A model generated the notes under the pieces. The model had not been told where the DNA came from. It worked only from the letters and a program-made list of their open reading frames with translations, and searched no databases. Of a DNA stretch of 64,000 nt, positions 1 through 14,185 are shown piece by piece (the stretch's first letter is position 1; every line of letters begins with the position of its first letter). The DNA is from Octopus vulgaris (lineage: Eukaryota): positions 102,672,001 through 102,736,000 of the forward strand of contig OX597820.1 in assembly GCA_951406725.2 (NCBI GenBank), given 5' to 3'. A program made the position numbers and the translations under genes.

Positions 1-138
1 GTATGTATGTATGTATGTATGTATGTATGTATGTATGTATGTATGTATGTATGTATGTGTGTGTGTATGTATGTGTGTATGTATATAGTAATAAATGAAT
101 ATATGCATATATGTAAAAATCAAAGCTAATCCAAAGTT

Positions 139-220
139 AATTTTACAGAATGAAACCGCAGAAATTAGCGAAAGGAAAATTTTACAGAATGAAACCGCAG
201 AAATTAGTGAAAGGAAAATT
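139..220. repeat. 39-bp tandem duplication
   Basis: aattttacagaatgaaaccgcagaaattag(c/t)gaaaggaa occurs twice head-to-tail. Confidence 0.85.
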
Positions 221-1099
221 TCTCAAAAACATTAAAGATGCAATTAAGGAAGCTTAATGGCATACTAGGGATACTATTAGCACAACGAAAAATGTATTAA
301 TTCTGAATTGCGGTATGTTATCTAGTAAATGGGATGTTATATCTTGCAAATGGAGGTGTATTTATAACTAGTAAATTATAAAACATGGGTGATCGATTAA
401 TAAAATATTTAGAAAGTTAAACAAATGCTTGGTAGTATTTGTTACACTTGTTTGCATTTTGCGTTCAAATCCCGCCGTATCAACTTCGCCATTTGTTCTT
501 CTGGAGGTTGATAAACAACGTAGGAATCAAATATTAGATCTCTCATCTCTCTCCCTTTTCTTCTTAATTCCATAGTGTAGAGGGCACGTCACTATGACAA
601 AGACGCAGAGCATAGCGTGCAGCAAACCTTTCCTCCAATACAACAGTTTCCAGTCTTTCACACTGTAATACGCCAATGCATTGTTAAAACATGGCACATA
701 ATGATGAATAATAAAGGGATACGCTTGTAGAAAATATTTCAGAAAGATTGACTAATATGATAAGAAGGAAACAATTTCTTAATTGAAATCGTATGGGATG
801 AAGTGAAGTGTAACACTTCTCACTTACAAATATTGCACTATATGAGGAATTATTTGAGAAAAGAGACGTAAATTAATTTGGTAAAAACGTGAAGCCCAAC
901 ACATCTATCTCTCACTTAGGTCGCTTTTGCTCACATCCTTGCCATTGCTTTTCGGTCTTTAATTTGTGTTATTTAAGAAGCAATGCAACAGTTTTACAAA
1001 TCAGTTAGCTCTTTCGTAGTTATATCAAGTGGAATAATTATGTAAGATAAAATATCGTATTAATTGCATTGAATACTAACACAAAACTAACACAAAATA

Positions 1100-1700
1100 A
1101 ATTTGATATAATAAATGTAATATAATCATCTGATACTTTAAAGAAACTCATTAGGGATTACTTAGCGGGTCATTGGATGTTCGAGCTAATTCAACCAATC
1201 GAATTATACATGCATCGGTGTACTATTTGTGCCCAACACTTGAAATCAAGACTTTAGCAAAGGAAAATCTGGTTCATCTTCTTCACTTTGTGACAGATGC
1301 TTATTAGAGCGGAAGGACAGCGGCAATTCATCCGTATTTCTTAATCATTGCCATCAAATTTGAGAGAATCACTCTTACCTGAGGTTATAACAGTCATCGG
1401 CTTACATTTTAATGATGAACGATTATAAGGAGGTAAATTAACTTAATTTTCCGATTCTTTTATTTTCTTGCTTCATGCAAATGTCCAAAGGATATGAAAA
1501 AATTACACCTCATTTTTTTTTGATTGCGAACCTTAGACGTGTATCTCGTTTCATTCAAAATTCGTCAATGCTGGGTGATGACCTAGCAGATTTTATGCTG
1601 CAACATATTTCTCCTGAAAATCGACGAAGTAATTGTTTTCTAAACCGATCTATTCAACTAGATTGCCAGAAATTAACAAGAATCTATAGAAAATCATAAT
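1100..1700 (-). mobile_element. Highly decayed Tc1/mariner-type transposase relic
   Basis: Minus-strand fragments loosely follow the order SDE..F / QQDGAP.H / WPPRSPDL, with many stops and frameshifts. Confidence 0.3.
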
Positions 1701-2765
1701 TATTTCAAATTTTATTGCTACTTCTACTGTTTGCAATAATTCTGTCACCTCTCAAACTAATTCTATTTTTCTCGGTGATATTATCATCTTTCAAACATTT
1801 TCAAACTTACATGCTATCTTGAAACTACTTTTCCAATACACATTTAAAATAAAATAAAAAGGTAACATCCAAATACTCTGATCTATAATTTAGATAAAAT
1901 ATCCTTTTATCAGAAACTCTCTTTCAGAAGTAGGTTTAATGAAATTTAATTTCTTATTGAATGTTGCAAAATTAAGTTATTCCTTACTAGTAGAAGCAAT
2001 ATAATCGTTTTGATAAGATATTAGACTCTCTCTATATCCAAATATTTTGTTGAGTTTCAAACAGACTCTTCTTCATTATCATTCTTTCTATTGCTGTTGT
2101 TTATTATCTCTGAAAATGTTGGAAAATAGTTGTCTATATATTAATACCAAAAGTGCTGATCTACCCTTCATTAGTATCAATCCGGCTATGAATAATCAAA
2201 ATATTTTATTACTATATGATTTTGTGAGCCACACGAATTCTTAGTATTGATGCTCATTTCTATTTCATTTACAGGTAAACAAGTAGGCGGGACTAGGAAT
2301 CACTCCTCCAGGCAGATCCCCGCTAAATCTCTGCGAAATCTGACCCGTGAATAAAGCGTTCTGACAAAGTAGTGAACATGAACAAAGTATGTACATGAAC
2401 AGCAATCTCAGATACAAAACAGAAGCAACAACGTAGAACGATGTTTACATTCTCCCAATCTTACATATGATAAAACATGTGTTCGACGTCGGTCATGCTG
2501 GTAGAGGGAACTAAAGCAACAAATGGAGTGGGGATGGGTAATAGTCAGAAACGCTGAATGCAGGCGAACTATAGTGAGAGATTTTGCTCTAGAGTCGCTG
2601 GTATTTTAACCATAATGAAAGTGAATTTTCTTATCGTAAATTATATGTAATTTATAAATTTCACACTTACACAAACATATACAACCTACACATACATATG
2701 AAATTAAATATTAAATGTAATATCAATAAAATACACACACACATAGACATGTATACATAAATAGG

Positions 2766-2848
<83 letters not shown>

Positions 2849-3057
2849 ATATTAGGGAATAAATCCAAACTTACAGGGAAAAATCAGATTTAGGATTGAA
2901 TCCAATTTTATAGTAAAATATTATATTATATTAAATTAGAGACAAAACCACTATTAGGCAAATCATACAATGAAAAACTTAAGCCAATACATAAGATTAT
3001 TTAATTTATATTATTTAAATATATAACAAAATTATTTCAAAAATATAATTAATATAT

Positions 3058-3121
3058 CACTACGATCGTTTCATGGCTGTTAATTTCTTTAAATTTTCGA
3101 GTTACAGTCATTCATCAGGTG
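3058..3121 (-). ncRNA. Minimal type-I hammerhead ribozyme
   Basis: Minus strand: cac-CTGATGA-atgactgt...acagccat-GAAAC-gatc-GTA-gtg; palindromic stem III ACGATCGT. Confidence 0.7.
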
Positions 3122-3454
3122 GTTTAAATATCTAAAATATAATCAATATTTTTAAGATATAAATAATATATATAATATAATATAATAATTTTACTTATAA
3201 TAAACTCTATTATCAAATATGATTATATCGAAATCGACTATAATGTTAAATATTAACTTTAATTTATAAGGTCATATCAATATTTGTCTATATCTAATTA
3301 CATAAATATTTAAAATGAAATGAAAATATATATAAATATTATAATCAAGATTTAAAATAATCTCTATAAATAATTGTATATAATGAAAACCTAATAAATT
3401 TAATTTTTCATATTTAAATATGAAATAGCTAATTTCAAAATACAAATAAACTAA

Positions 3455-3515
3455 CTGATGAATGACTGTAACTCGAAAATTTAAAGAAATTAACAGCCAT
3501 GAAACGATCGTAGTG
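3455..3515 (+). ncRNA. Hammerhead copy lacking the 5' strand of stem I
   Basis: CTGATGA...GAAACGATCGTA; the inverted arm starts exactly at the CTGATGA. Confidence 0.55.
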
Positions 3516-3670
3516 ATATATTAATTATATTTTTTTAATAATATTGTTATATATTTAAATAATATAAATTAAATAATCTTATGTATTGGCTTAAGTTTTT
3601 CATTGTATGATTTGCCTAATAGTGGTTTTGTCTCTAATTTAATATAATATATATATATATATACACGCAC

Positions 3671-3722
<52 letters not shown>

Positions 3723-3982
3723 CTATATACATACAAAAACACATACACATATACACACATACACACAGATACATATATATATATGCATATATATGCATAT
3801 ATATTAGATTTGGGTATTAATTTGAAAGAGACAAGTTCCAAGATCAATAATACTCGTCAAAGCCGACAAATATATCTAAACAGAGGGCATATATAAGCCA
3901 TTATAAGCATGCGAGCACATAATATATAAAAACATATATACACATAGTGTAATTCCATGCCCAGACCGAAGTCGGATAAGTA

Positions 3983-4023
<41 letters not shown>

Positions 4024-4098
4024 CTAAAAATGCATTTGGTTAAACCGCACGTGTATGTGACGCTCGTGTTGGTCTAATAAATTGTATTTAAGACAAAC

Positions 4099-4172
4099 CT
4101 CTGCTGATGATTTATAGATGCCTATGTAAGTAAAATTACATATTACATTAGTAATGAAACAATTGTTCAGGG
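4099..4172 (+). ncRNA. Minimal type-I hammerhead ribozyme
   Basis: ctctg-CTGATGA-[long stem II with tatgtaa/ttacata hairpin]-GAAAC-aatt-GTT-caggg; palindromic stem III; 5-bp stem I with one G.U. Confidence 0.7.
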
Positions 4173-4319
4173 TCAATCTATTTATTCGTTATGTTTCACT
4201 TTCCTTCCGTTAAATGTAATGCTATTTCTAATTGGAAACATCTTTTCTGTGGCTATACTATCGGAGCTATTTTTAGCACTAGAGCTACCCACATAGTGGT
4301 AACTCTCTAATAATTTATG

Positions 4320-4387
<68 letters not shown>

Positions 4388-4547
4388 AAGAGAGAGAGAG
4401 AAAGAGAGCGAGTGAGAGAGAAGAAACCAAGGTGGCAGATTTAGGCTATGTAAGTGGTATGGAAGGACTGCAGCTAGACTCTCGGTTCGATAATAATACA
4501 ATCGAGGAGTTTAATGCGGGTCTTGTATGGGCATGTATATCTTAAAT

Positions 4548-4751
4548 AAAATGAGACAACAAAGCGAAGACTGTGTGGAATTGTCAGGACATTTATAAAG
4601 AGAAAGTTAGTCTTGCAGGTGTTTCTGGGATATTAGAGATATCTGATGAAGAGATATCCTTAATATCTCCCAGAAACAGCTGTAAAACTAACTTTCTCTT
4701 TATAAATGTTCTGAAAATTCCATACAGCCTTGGATTTGTTGCTTCATTTCA

Positions 4752-4752
<1 letters not shown>
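4548..4752. mobile_element. ~205-bp imperfect palindrome of a PLE terminal repeat centred on an HHR core
   Basis: catttataaagagaaagttag pairs with ctaactttctctttataaatg; centre reads CTGATGA-agagatat/atatctc-GAAAC-agct-GTA; same family as 57600-57710. Confidence 0.75.
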
Positions 4753-4796
<44 letters not shown>

Positions 4797-5194
4797 ACAA
4801 TAAAAAGCTCTCAAGACAATTGAGCTGCAGAATGTTTTCTGAAAAGACATGCACATACACACACACATGCACATTTATATGTATGTACATGCATAAATGT
4901 TTGTATAAATATGCGTTTGTGTACATATATATATGGTACTTTTTCGGTGACAGACCATGTTGTCATGAGTGCGTGTAACATTGTCTTTGATCCTTTTCTC
5001 AGAACTGAACGGTCAAATGCACACTGGTACACATCCACTCATCCATGACTGACGTCATCTGCTTAAACCGGAACATTGACATATATATATGTGTGCGTGT
5101 GTGTGTCTGTGTTTGAGTGTGTGTGTGTATGTGTGTTTGTGTATGTGCGTGTTTATGTGCATATATGCATGTGTGTATATTTTCCAATCTCATT

Positions 5195-5360
5195 ACCTTG
5201 ACATCGTGTTGTAGTTGTTAACGAGTGTCCCAGTCATTCAAGCGGTGTCGTTTGTTTCCAATCACCTGTGAATACATATCTGCGCATGGTGAAGTATTAT
5301 CTGACCTGCAAATGGATGAGGGCTATCGATAGGAAGAGTGTTCAGCCGTTGAAAAGTCAT
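5195..5360 (+). mobile_element. Decayed SINE 3' portion
   Basis: Ends gataggaagagtgttcagccgttgaaaa, resembling the acaggaagggcatccagccgtagaaa-type SINE tail. Confidence 0.45.
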
Positions 5361-6496
5361 ATTTATATTATGTGGACAATAATATTTTCATCAGTTATCA
5401 AAGATCACTGCATCAGCTTTGATGCGCCATTTTCTAGATTAGGAATATTTTGCGACACGGGTATGCCGGCTTACAAATAAATCATAATTTTACATAAATG
5501 ACAATTAAGTTTTATTAAACTGAGCAAATCACTGTTTTATAGATGTAAAATAGCACTGTTCAGAATTTGTGTAGACATTTACGGATTCCTCAAGTGTGGT
5601 GTAGATAATAATTTGTGAGCCTGTGAATCCTAACTGTAATTAAACTGACATAATTGCTGTTTTATGTGGGTTTTATAAACAATAAAACACCATACTTCAG
5701 AATTTTTTTTAGGCATCCAGAGATTCCAGCATGATTCTATGTGCCTTCTTCCATTTTATATCGAAGGTTGTTGTTTACGTGTATATTTGACAACTATAAC
5801 TCCGTCTTTCTGAGAGACCTAACAAAATAGATTCATTGATTGCAAGCCAACAACCACTATATGGTCTCTTACTAGAAATTATCAGCAAAATATGTCAAAC
5901 ACATTGTATCAAAAAGACGAGATTGACGCCTTGTGCAAATAATCAAAAGAATACAAAGTGGTAGTATCTGGAATTCTTTTTATTAAAGGTCTATTCATTA
6001 AGTGCAGATTTAGTTTTAAGCAACAGCTGTAGTGATTTTGCACTTATAACACATTGTCTGATAATGTTGATATCTTATCTATTCGACGAATTCAAATTCC
6101 TGAAATCCAACGTATTTTATCAAATATAATCCCATATCAGTATACAGAGAGGACATTTCGTAAACAAATCCTTCAGTGACTGAACAGATTGTAAATCAAT
6201 ATCATTGGTTTGATGGGCTTTTATTTCAATCATTGCAACCTACATCCAAATACCGTGATAATGCTATCTCTCTCTATTTCCCACTCATTTTTTAGGTATC
6301 CTTTGCATATATAATACAAAGACATTAAGATATTAGTGGTTTTCCTCTATTTCCCGATTCCATTAATTAGTATCTCTTATTTCAATGCATGGCTTCTAGT
6401 TAAATTATCACTCTTCGTTTGTGGCTAGCAAATGTAAACGAGTTTTATATAATTAGCTATGGCAATAATTGATCTATGTCCTTATAAATTTATGTG

Positions 6497-6498
6497 AT

Positions 6499-6530
<32 letters not shown>

Positions 6531-6531
6531 T

Positions 6532-6571
<40 letters not shown>

Positions 6572-6572
6572 G

Positions 6573-6613
<41 letters not shown>

Positions 6614-6636
6614 ATTGCTGCTGCTACTGCTGCTAG
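6497..6636. repeat. Compound (CTA)n/(CTG)n trinucleotide microsatellite
   Basis: Directly visible; source of the poly-T/S/A/V pseudo-ORFs. Confidence 0.95.
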
Positions 6637-6870
6637 TCCCACCACCAAAGTGATGGTGTGGCAAAGTTGCAGGAATGGTTGAAGAGTGACTTTTAATATC
6701 ATACATCTTTATTCTGAATTTATAGCATACCGCTGCTCTCATTAACAAAAATACTTCTGGCGTTAATTTTTAAAAAAAATCAGTTCCAGCGTACTCTATA
6801 ATTAGTTCAATATTGTATATATATCTTACGTGTCTCCATAGGACATGATTATCATTTTCAGTATTCTTGA

Positions 6871-7075
6871 AGGTGGCAAATTGACGGAATCATTAGCATG
6901 CCAGACAAAATGATTTGTGGTATATCGTCCGTTTTACATTCTGAGTTCAAATGCCGCAAAACTTGACTTTATCTTTCATCCTTTCAGGGTCGATGAAATA
7001 AGTACCAGTTGAGTACTGGAGTCGATGTAATCGTTTACCCTTTCCCCTCAAAATGTCAGGCCTTGAGCCTCTAAT
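6871..7075 (+). mobile_element. tRNA-derived SINE family A (Meta-domain-like core)
   Basis: gagttcaaat B box plus ctttcatcctttcagggtcgatgaaataagtaccag core; aligns to 49357-49545. Confidence 0.8.
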
Positions 7076-8789
7076 CTAAAAGAATATAATAAACCACGTC
7101 CATGTTCAATCACATGACTCAATTATAAATTCATATTCTCGTTTTTGGTAAAGTGTATTTGATACGCTGTTAGTTATCTTAGCATGTTATTCTTCTGTCG
7201 ATTTTATTTCACTTGATACCGTGCTATCATGACATATTGTTCTGCTTATTGAACTGTTTCGAGATGTATACATATAAGAATATTACAAAAGAAATGATCA
7301 ATCAAAATCAAATTTGGGAAAGACAGCAATGTTTATTCTCAAAATGTCTTTGCAATTTATTTTTATATTCTGTTGTTTTCGTTTTTCAGTTTTCTCATAA
7401 AGTATATATATTTCATTGTGTTTCATATTCAATATAACGAGGTAAAAAATTAATAATTTGAATGCAAAACAAATAAAATGAGATGATAAATGTCAACAAC
7501 ATTTGGGACCTCCAATCTTTCTAAATAATTACATTTAGTGTGAAATGAACAATGTATAAACATGAAGAACCAAAATGAAATTCAAGAATGAAAAATGTGC
7601 CACCATTATTTGCTATGGACTAAAAAAATTTTAAATATGAAGTGAAATATACATATAGGTATAATCTGTTGAAAATCAAAACTTAAATATTTTTGACAAC
7701 TGAATAATATCAAGATAGATTAAAATTTTTATATCCTCAGCTTATTTTACAAGAACTATTACACTGTTAAGTAACAGATCGTTGTAAAATGATAAATTTT
7801 CTTGATGACCAACCTCGTCATTAAAGTCTAAGTTTATGATATTTCTACCATTGACATTTTAATGTAAAAATTTTGGTGGTGTCGTGAGATCGTCGATTAC
7901 TGTGCTTTAGAATATTTACACCAGGTATCTACATCCCGAGTTCACATTCTACTGAATTCATCATTTTCTTTTGGGGTCAGTAAAGTACTGGAATCGATTC
8001 GGCTTCTCTCTCATGATTGGTTATTCTTGTCAATAACACCATTAAGAGAGGCACCTGGGAATGGAAGTTTGTAATTTCCTACGATAATTATATGACAAAC
8101 AGTAGCGCTTGTAAAGCGTGTTTGTCGTCATGATGGTAAGGGGAAAAAGGAACGTTTTAATCGGTTTCATTTATGATCGTCATGAAAAATACGAGGACCA
8201 ATGGTCTCGTAGCTAAGGATATCACTCACTTTAGAATTAAATAGCTATAATTCGAATCGAGTGTGCAAATATACCTTAAGTTCGGAGACCAAACTGACCG
8301 ATATATAACCCCAAAATAAATGTTGTAAATATCCTTTAAAGACAATGCGAAAATATTTATAAACTTCATTAACTCTCCTCAGAAATTTAAGCACTGGATG
8401 TTTAGTTTTAATTTTGTTTTATTCTTGGTAACATCATCTATTATTTCCCCTTCATGCATATAGTGTTACTAAATAAAAACAAATTCTTTGGTGATGAATT
8501 ATGAGAAAGACTTGAGATTTAATCTTAAGAAATTATATATTCTTGTACTATGGGGATATTACACACTGTAAAATTTAATTAGGATATATATTTTACCGAT
8601 TCGGTCGTATTTCTTTTCTTGTCTATAATTCTGTTAGCAATATTTTAACATCAAGTGCAAGCAAAAATTACCACTTTCGGCATGAGTATATAAGTTGATA
8701 TCATCAATACCTAAACAAAATGTCTGCTAAGATCCATATAAGAATATTAGTTGTAATATAATTATTGGACACCATCCGCTGGCTAAGCA

Positions 8790-8925
8790 TTAGCTAAATT
8801 AGCTTCCCAACCACATGGTTCTGGGTTCAGTCTGACTGCATGGCGCCTTAAGTAAGTGTCTTCTCGAGTCGACTAAATCCTTGTGAGTGGATTTCATTGA
8901 CGGAAACTGAAAGAAGCCTGTCGTT

Positions 8926-8930
<5 letters not shown>
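8790..8930 (+). mobile_element. tRNA-derived SINE family B head
   Basis: cttcccaaccacatggttctgggttcagtc...gtgagtggattt...gacggaaactgaaagaagcc then (TA)n. Confidence 0.75.
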
Positions 8931-8972
<42 letters not shown>

Positions 8973-11108
8973 TTATTTATTTATTTATCTGTGCGTGTGT
9001 GTGTGTGTGTGTAAAGATAAGAATCACACGAAGAAAGCGAGTGGCTAAAATTAAGTAGCAAGACAAACATATAACATGAAAATTCAGACAAGAATACTGA
9101 AAATTGTTCATACAATTACGAATCAATAACAGTGGAATCATGTTTATAATGAAAATAAATGCGCCTACGCAAGAAATAGATGAGAATCTAACTTTTCGGT
9201 TTATATACTGAATCAAAGAAAAGAATAATAGATGAGAAACTTTAGTAGAAATGTAAAAAGTAAATTATGCCTGTCGTTAATATATAGCAGGCTTTGTATA
9301 AAAAGGTATTTGGGTTGTGAGAAAGTAGAAACGGAAGTGGAGGCAGAAAGTAGATTTCAGAGAGAGAGTAAGAAAAGAGAGATAAAAAGAAAGCGAAAGA
9401 GAGAAGGAACAGGAAAGGCGCGGTAGAGAAGACTAGAGAAGAAGGGAAAAATTGAGGCAGATAGTGAGAGTAAAAAGCATAAAGTATTACTGTGTATATA
9501 AAGGGTAGATTGGTTATATGTACGATCCTTTTATTTAGGTTGTTGAATGTAACAAATGTCAAGAAATATAAAATTTGTACAACTGTGTGCACAACTATCA
9601 TTCGTACAGTATAAAACATCTAGGTAAGAATGTAAATGTTTATGCGTATAGGAATATATATTTACACACAAGAACACACAAACAACCAGCCACATATATA
9701 CACCCAGGAACGTACAGCCTTACAAAGCCTACTCCAGTGATTATATTTGTGCGTATATATTATGTAATAAAAATGTAGGTGTTGTCATGGATGTATGGAT
9801 GTGTGGGATAAAAGCGGTATAACTGTGTGTAACGTATCCAGTAGTTTAATATATGGATTTTGAGTATCATGGTATGGGTATTCAAACAGAAGTTTGTGGA
9901 GTTGGAGGAAACAGGGCATGATTTAGTGAGATGCAGGGGAGTAAAAATATGAAAGAGCGTTGGTATGAAGGATAGAGCGGTTATAATTATACTGGGATTG
10001 AATAAAGCGAAGAGTAGCGGATATGAGAATTATGGTAAGGGTTGAATAACAGAGGTTGGATTGAGAATGGATGTGGAAACTTATTCAAATGTTAATGTAT
10101 TGCAGACAATAGATAAGGAAGAAAACGTGACAAGAAAGCCGGATTTATATGTGTGTCTCTGAGTTCGTGTACGCTATTGTCTGCTTGTATGTGGATACGT
10201 TTATGCCTATATATTTATGTTCTTAGCTGAGCGTATTTTATTGCAAGAATGACTGCTGCTCATACATATACACAAACTTTATTTGCTTTGACTACTATTA
10301 AATTCTATTCAGCATACCTAGAAATGAAAATACTGCACATTTAATTTTACGTCATAGCACACAGTATACCAATATTTTGAGCTTCCCACTACTGCTCTCA
10401 AATTTTGTCCCCCGCCGATGTTCTCTTTCGTTTTATCTCTCTTCTGCTTCTCTCTTTCAGCGTTCTCTGTTTCTCACTTTCTCTTTTCTTCTTTCTCCCA
10501 ATTTATTCTCTTTCCTTCTTTCTTTCTCCTGCTCTAACTCACTTTTTTGATACTTACTTTCAATACGACCCTGCTATCACACTCACCAACTTCTTTTTCC
10601 ACGGTAGGCACGCTATATAAACAGACGTTGTAAACTCTGTATCATTTCTTTTTCTTTTTATTAAGGTTATTTTATTACTTTTCCTTCTCTTTGAACAAGA
10701 ATATAATTCGAAATGTTTAAATCACTTCTGTTTGCTTTTATTTGACATTTGTATTTTCCTTGTACACATGCTTACGTTGTTCTTTCATTTTATATTTCCA
10801 TGTATTTTTCTTGTCTGACTTTACCTATAATTTATTTGTCTCTTCATAGCGTTATAATATTTTAATTCGTTATATTTATATAATTTTCTCCCCTTAAAAG
10901 GAATTTTCACCCCCTCTTCTGTCTTACAGTAAACTCTCTTTCAGTCTCTCTTTCCATCTCTTACTCTGGAAACAGCTGTAAGTGGCACCAACACAATTAT
11001 CTCCAGTCAAATTTCCCGCGTATGTGATTTTTAGTTATCTACTTGCACACTTACACCGACGCAGAAGGAATGTCCACAACTTTTGAGAGTGACCATAGCA
11101 ACTATACA

Positions 11109-11206
<98 letters not shown>

Positions 11207-11266
11207 TATATAGTATATATATTATATAAAATCCATTCTGTCTGTCTGTCTGTGTCTGTGTGTGTC

Positions 11267-11629
11267 TTCTCCCAAGAATACTGACGAAAAGGGTCTTGTT
11301 TTATCAAGACAGTGCTCCAGTGGACACGTTCTTGGTTTCAACGGCTGCTGTGCGTGACTGTGGCTTTGAACTGGTGCATCATCCTCCTTATTCTCCTGAT
11401 TCAGCCCCATCTGATTACCATCTGTTCCCCAATAGGAAAAAAACGTTTGGCTGGAAACCAGTATCGCTGTTATGATGACTTCATATCTGCTGTCGATGAC
11501 TTTTGAACCAACAGCATGAGATCCAGGCACGTAACACCGATAGAAGGACTATGTTTAAAAATAAACCTAATCTGTTCACATTCCATGAGAATACTTTAGT
11601 CAGCCTATGAACTTTTCAGCCGACCTTCG
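11267..11629 (+). mobile_element. mariner 3' fragment with right TIR
   Basis: VLFYQDSAPV...ELVHHPPYSPDSAPSDYHLFP (YSPDLAP motif); ends aacttttcagccgaccttcg followed by TA. Confidence 0.9.
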
Positions 11630-11915
11630 TAAAATCGTCCGTTATTTTGAACATTTCTTCCAGTCACTTGTCTTATTTGAATGAAAATATGCCTTCTTGT
11701 TAAAACTGACTTAAAATGAGCTATTCTGTTATTTAACTGATTTACTACAAGATTATTAAAGCGATGAAAAATAAAAATCGTATTCCCTTCGAGTAAAAGA
11801 GATTGATTAAACGAGAAGTTGTTATTGGTGAACAGTTGTCAGGGACAATAAGAAATAAAGGACGCGCTGAAATGCTGGATCACTTATAGGATGAGGAACT
11901 TAACTATCACCGAAA

Positions 11916-13178
11916 TTAGGCTGGAAAAAAAAAGTTCTGTCGCATTTTAATTACAACCACTGGAAAAGTACTTGTGTTTTTTTTCAATACTTGCGGTAAC
12001 AAAGCATTAATATTTACATTCAAATGGTTTGTTTTTCCTCATTTTTTATTAATTTATACTATACTATTTAAATTCGTATCGATTTTGCCCTTTTAAAATG
12101 TGTTTAGATCAGACTCGTATCAGACATAAATGCTTTATAAATTGAAAATTGGCATTTCAGCAATAGAACCGGCAAGACATATTCATTCTATATATGGAAA
12201 TAAAGTTTTATGTTTCAGGGCATGTCAACGAGGGTTAGAACAGTTTCGCTCGGTAATTTTTTCTCTAGGAAATTCTCCAGTTCTATCAATGTTGACTTTC
12301 CGAATACCACAGTTGATGAAAATCGAATAGCAAATATATCTCAAGTATTAGCAAGAAAATACAAGCTACACTTCGATCATAAAGCACCTTCATCAACTAA
12401 GAAAATGTCTAAACTTCGTTTCTAGATTCCTCATCGTCTGACTGCCTCTTAGCTTGACCAAAGAATTGCCTTCTGCTCGTCATTGAAGAGTAAACTTGTT
12501 ACTGAGTCTTCCTTGGGTAGATTAATCAGAGATGATGAAAGACGGGTCCTATATAATTATATCCAGCAAAAATGAAAATGGTTAGGGCTCAGTGAAAAAC
12601 GTGGGTCCATCCTCAAAGCATGAATACATCCGAGAACACTTTAGGTTCTGTGTACGGTGGTTACAAAAGGTGTCATATATCATAAAGTGTTAAACCAAAG
12701 TGAAACTGTTCATGCGGAGAAGTAATGTTATCAATTGGAAATAGTGTGCAAACGTTTGCACAAAAAGCACCTGTCGTGGTCAGCCTTAAAGCGGTGTTGC
12801 TTTTAAGTTGAAAATGCAAGACCACATACTATCCAAGTCAATAAGAGAAAAGATTATGACAACTAATATGAAAGTTTTGCTTCATCTTTTTACTTTTGGC
12901 CTTGCCCTATCTGAATATCGTTTTTTCAGATCATTGCAACATTATTTAGAGGTAAATAGTTTCTTAATTTTGGTGAGCTTTAAAATGATAGTCACTGTTT
13001 CTTTATTTCGAAGCTTGAAGATTCTTATGCCCGAGGGATTAACGGATTGCCAATAGATGGGATTATGTTGTCAATAAGGAGGGGGAATATTAACTTAATT
13101 TAATACAGTAACTAAAACCAAAAAATCATTTATTTATTTCCCATCTTGAAATGTGATATAGCTCTTTCCAATCACTGA
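11916..13178 (+). mobile_element. Near full-length (~1.26 kb) decayed mariner
   Basis: HTH-like N-terminus, IPHRLT, DDE.RVLYN (TGDEKW-like), LALSEYRFFRSLQHYL; degenerate TIRs. Confidence 0.8.
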
Positions 13179-13974
13179 AAGAAGTTATTACTAAAAGGGA
13201 AACTTATTTTCATGCATTCTAAACATATTTTTATGCATTCCATAATATAAAAAAAAAATACAGAAGGTAAAGCTTTAAAAATATCTTCAGTAAACACACC
13301 AATAGTTTTATTTTTGTCAAATCCTTCCCGCGCAAAATGAGTAACTGCGTTTTCAATGAATAGCAGTGCGAAGAAATTTAGGCTCTAGAGTTGGCAGATG
13401 ATAAAACCACAGGTGAAAGCGCGTCTCATTAATGTTGTAGAAGACAGTGAGCAACTCACAATTGGAGCGCTCAAAACAACGAACTTTTGCAATTCTATAT
13501 TTCTGAGAACGAGAATCTGTTATGTACATTGTTTACATTAGTCGGACTGGTGTCCCATCTTCCTTGTTGCTTTCATTACGTTTCGGCTGCGCACGATCTA
13601 ACTTTTTCCGTGTGTCTTGCGAGTTAACTTTGTACGTTGCCTTGATTGAACTCAGAACTGCTAGGTGATTGCACTGATTTAACCAACACCTTTACCCACT
13701 AAGACAACCAACTGGCATAAGTATCATGGCCTTCAGTAGAATTTCTGATATTAGAAAAACCGAAAGCAATAATTCTACATCTTTATCTTCAAATTTCTGA
13801 AACAGGTAATTGGTGCTATTTATGATGCAAAAGGCACATTTGTGAAGATAGCAGATGATATATTGACAGAGCGTGCACGCTCAAAGACTATTCACTCGCA
13901 AAAGCAATTCACCACTCCACTTCACTGGTTCAGTGAAAGTAGTGAGAATCTTAAACTGATTAGAGAATAATACT

Positions 13975-14185
13975 GACTTCAAATTTTGGCACAAGGCCAG
14001 AAATTTCGGGAGAGGAGATATGACGACTAGATTGACCACACTTTTAAACTGGTACTTATTTTATAGAACTCGAAAGGATGAAAAGAAAAGAAGACCATGG
14101 CTAAATTTAAACTTAGTCCGTAAAGACGGGCGAATTGCGCCAAACATTTTGCCCAGCGTGCTAACAATTCTGCCAGCTCACTACC
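13975..14185 (-). mobile_element. SINE family A
   Basis: Reverse complement of ggtagtgagctggcagaattgttagcacgctgggcaaaatg...ttcatcctttcgag...aataagtaccag. Confidence 0.8.

Larger units (their letters stand above)
2835..3650. mobile_element. Non-coding fold-back PLE derivative in (TA)n; inverted arms ~2921-3118 and 3455-3650
   Basis: Two ~195-bp arms are reverse complements and each carries an HHR core; (TA)n on both sides. Confidence 0.8.

Noticed and set aside
6482-6748. Poly-Ser/Thr/Ala/Val ORFs
   Set aside because: Trinucleotide microsatellite
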